The notes beneath the pieces are model-generated. The model had not been told where the DNA came from. It saw nothing but the letters and a program-made list of their open reading frames with translations, and made no database searches. 64,000 nt of DNA from positions 29,202,001 through 29,266,000 of the forward strand of contig OZ241829.1 of the NCBI GenBank assembly GCA_965202585.1, written 5' to 3'. The position numbers and the translations under genes are program-made. Shown piece after piece: positions 60,813 through 64,000 of the stretch (positions are counted from its first letter, which is position 1; each line of letters begins with the position of its first letter). Source of the DNA: Thalia democratica. Its lineage: Eukaryota.

Positions 60813-62683
60813 TTCACGGATCAGTGCGCAACCAACGTCACGTCGCCGGGGATTACCCCAAACTCGCTGTTTGTCGACCCCAGGCGCAGCAGTAATTGTT
60901 TGGGTTTTCCCCCGACTCGAGAATGGACACAGCGGTGTCGTACAAAACCTCAACGAGGCTTTGAAACTTTTTGCGGCTGAATATTAATCAAATTAATTTA
61001 CAATGCTGCTTAAAAAAATGTTTTAGATTTAGAAGCTTTTTCGATAAAAAACTTTAAAGTTTGTTGTTTTTAAAGTATTTTTAAAGGGTAAAGTTTTGTT
61101 AAAACTTTAATTTAATGTAGGTCAGTAATACTTATGTGTTTCTATTATAGTAAACAATAAAATTTTTAAATATATAAAGTACCTATTCTTTTGTATTTTT
61201 AATAATTTTTTAGTTTAAAATAATTTTGATATTTTTTCAATAGAAATAAAAATTATTATATACAATAAATCTTTTAATAAAAAGCCTAAAAATCGGAATT
61301 TTTTACAAAGCTAAGTAATTAGCAATATGTTTTTGTGAAACGTATAAAAATTTTGTTTTGAAGTTATTTAACTTTTAGTTTAATTATTTTATCAATTGAA
61401 TAGTTTGTTTATGTTAAATTATATTAAATCTAATGTTTTACAAAGTAACATTTTCTAAACAGTTTGTACTGCCTACAACAGGTTAAAAAATCCTTAACTT
61501 TACTTTCACAAGTAAATATCTTAATCAGCATTGCTGAAGTCCTTTACATTTGCCAAATTTTTCTTTAGTTGCATCTATTTACCTGTCAGCCATATGATCT
61601 TATTCTACTAAAAATGGGCTAAAATCCTTTTTTCAACCCTCCTTTACTCACCTTTCTTATTTTCGACATAATTCTTCTACAAAAAGCTGTTTAGCTTTTA
61701 TAAAACTTGAGTCAGTTTATTTCAACAAATATTTGTAATTTTTTAGTTTAATCAGCTTCCTCATTATCTGACAAAAGTATTCCCCGTGTTTAAACATTAG
61801 ACCTTCTAATTTTTTTTCAGTTTGGTCAACTTTAAACACAGATTTTGATACGTTTAAGTTTTCAGAATATTTAGTGATATACTTTTATATTCATAACTAT
61901 TTTTAACTTACTGTGGAATTTATTCAAAACATTTGTCTGAACAAGTCTTACTTTTCCTAGTGATATTTTCTCGTTTTTGGTCTACAGTTCCACTTTTTTT
62001 TTCTTTTTTTCCTGAAAATTGTTCGTTGTTTGTGTTTACAGGTTGAAATCTATGATTGTTTTTTCTTTGATGTATGCCGTCAGTGTTTTAAGGCGTTTGT
62101 AAAAGAATAACCATTATTGCCTATTTGTACAGTAACAGGACCATGTTAAACATAGTTTTTCTTTGATGAAATAAGATTTGAATTGAATTACTAATTACTA
62201 TTAACACTTTTCAATTACTTTGTTTATTAGAAACATATTTTGTCCGATGTTTATTATAGTAAGTGCTATCCAACTCATGTATAAAATTGAAAAAAATATT
62301 GGCATACTAAATTTTTAATATGTTTTGTTATTATTGTTATTTTTTTTATAACTAAACTTAATACTTCGATTTGTACTCTTGTATTCTAACTTTACGAAAT
62401 ATATTTTATACATTAAAAAAATAAAGTTGTAAAGACTACATTAGTTTACGAAATCTTTACTCTTTAAAAAAATTGAAACTGAAAAGTATTTTCGTGCACT
62501 AGTTTTTTAAAGTAAATTTTATTTAAGAGATTTTGTTGTTCAATAAGCTAATACGATTATTATTTTGAAATATACATGTTCAAGGACTTAAAATCTTTTA
62601 TCAACTTTTAAATCTACTGGTCTCATTTGTTTAGGTTGATTAATCTTTTTAAAGCTCATCACTACTATTCGATATACTACGAT

Positions 62684-62803
62684 GTCCTGGGCATGACTCT
62701 AAACTGTTCTGGTGTATGACTCGATAACCGAAAGGTTTTTTGTACACCAGGTCCTTTGACCAAAACTTTTAAGCGTATTTTTTGTCGTTCAATAAACAAT
62801 ACT
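62684..62803 (+). repeat. Dispersed repeat family copy
   Basis: Shares AAACTGTTCTGGTGTATGACT and AACCGAAAG blocks with 28765, and GACTCGATAACCGAAAGGTT with 44283. Confidence 0.8.
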
Positions 62804-62900
62804 ACTAAACCTGTTATTTCCTAGTTATTTTTTGAATTTTACAATACAATTTTACAATAAACTTAACATAATACAGTGTGTGACAGAAACAGTTTAATAT

Positions 62901-63231
62901 CAGGGTTTCCCAAAGTGGGCCAAGTGGCCCCCTAGGGGGCCATGAGTAGCAAAGGGGGAAGAGGGGGGGCCATGAGCAGTAAAGGAGCCACAGGGGGGCC
63001 ATGAGGCCATAACTTGAAACTTACACTAGATATTCTTGAGTTGCAGATGAAGAGCAAAACAAAAAGGTCTTATGTTTATTTTATGGCAGTCTAGAAACTT
63101 ACACTAGATAAAAAAAAAAGGTCTTACGTGTTTTATATTGTAGTTTATGAGTAATCTATATGTTGAAGGGGGCCATTACTTTTTCAAACTCTTTAAAGGG
63201 GGCCATTAGCAAAAAAGTTTGGGAAACCCTG
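62901..63231. mobile_element. hAT (Charlie-like) MITE, 331 bp
   Basis: Perfect 14-bp TIRs CAGGGTTTCCCAAA/TTTGGGAAACCCTG; subterminal GGGGGCCAT repeats; imperfect flanks GTTTAATAT/GTTTATAC. A decayed relative of the left end starts at 57409. Confidence 0.88.
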
Positions 63232-64000
63232 GTTTATACTATAAAATTTTGTGTTTTTTTAATAAATTTTAGCACTAAAAATGCATAAAAATAAAAAATA
63301 TGTTAGTTCTAGCAGATTTTAACAGTAAAGTGTTTAAAGTGACAACAATTTTGTAATATATTAAGTATTTCTTTTAATATAGTATATGAGTTTTATTTAA
63401 AATAAAAACCGGTTTTTCATATTTTCACGTAACTTTTCTATGTAGAGTAGTGCTAAAAAAAATTTTAACTGTACATTTTACTAAAAAGTAAGAAATAAAA
63501 ATAAATTCTATAAGCATATTTTCAACTGATTAAACTAAGTTTATTTATATTAAGTTTTTTAGGATGTATACAGATAGATTGCTAAGCCCATGCCTAAATT
63601 TACTAATAGTTTCAATATATCATAATGTTAAATCTGTACAGAAAACATAAATACATAACTTTCTGTTAAACAAATTAGTTTGAGGTTACGTAAGGGACAT
63701 ATAATTATTACTCGTTTAATAAATAATTCAAGCAATTGAAAAAAAACAAAAATTTAGTAGTAAGCAGAGATAATGCAGTAGTTTTGTACTATATTTTATA
63801 ACTTTATATAAATAAAACTGTTTAATTTCTTAATTTTTTCCCTAAAAGTTTGAAAAGTTATCTAAAATCAAATCGAAAATTTTTACTACTTTTAAAATTA
63901 CAACAAGTAAAACATCTAATTAGTGCTTTTTTCTATTGTTTATAACAAAAAAGGAATACATAACGATTTTATTAATAACAGTTTAATAATCGTACTTAAA

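Noticed and set aside
61480-62170. Purine-rich minus-strand stretch that looks like decayed coding sequence
   Set aside because: Multiple stops in all frames and no motif I could assign.

Overview
Very AT-rich eukaryotic (probably invertebrate animal) genomic DNA with spliceosomal introns; the species cannot be determined. The main feature is an 8-exon plus-strand gene (5976-19682, about 2,540 aa). It encodes a signal peptide, three stefin (type-1 cystatin)-like domains, and a 2,084-aa acidic hexapeptide repeat (205 x DASVDV-type, then 142 x DAGLDI-type) between domains 1 and 2, inside a single 6,549-nt exon. Also present: a 3-exon F-box/LRR gene (-), a 328-aa K-rich orphan ORF (-), and a 7-exon N/Q-rich gene with a divergent C-terminal HMG box (+). 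Intron 2 of the HMG gene holds a nearly full-length decayed CR1/L2-like LINE, a nested hAT MITE carrying a 15-bp tandem repeat, and a hammerhead-ribozyme-like motif. Further on are an intronless class-A GPCR pseudogene (-), a 5-exon galanin/allatostatin-receptor-like GPCR (+) with two apparent 1-nt homopolymer frameshifts, and several MITEs and dispersed repeats. All gene models were built by eye from splice signals, reading phase and family motifs; no database searches were run.
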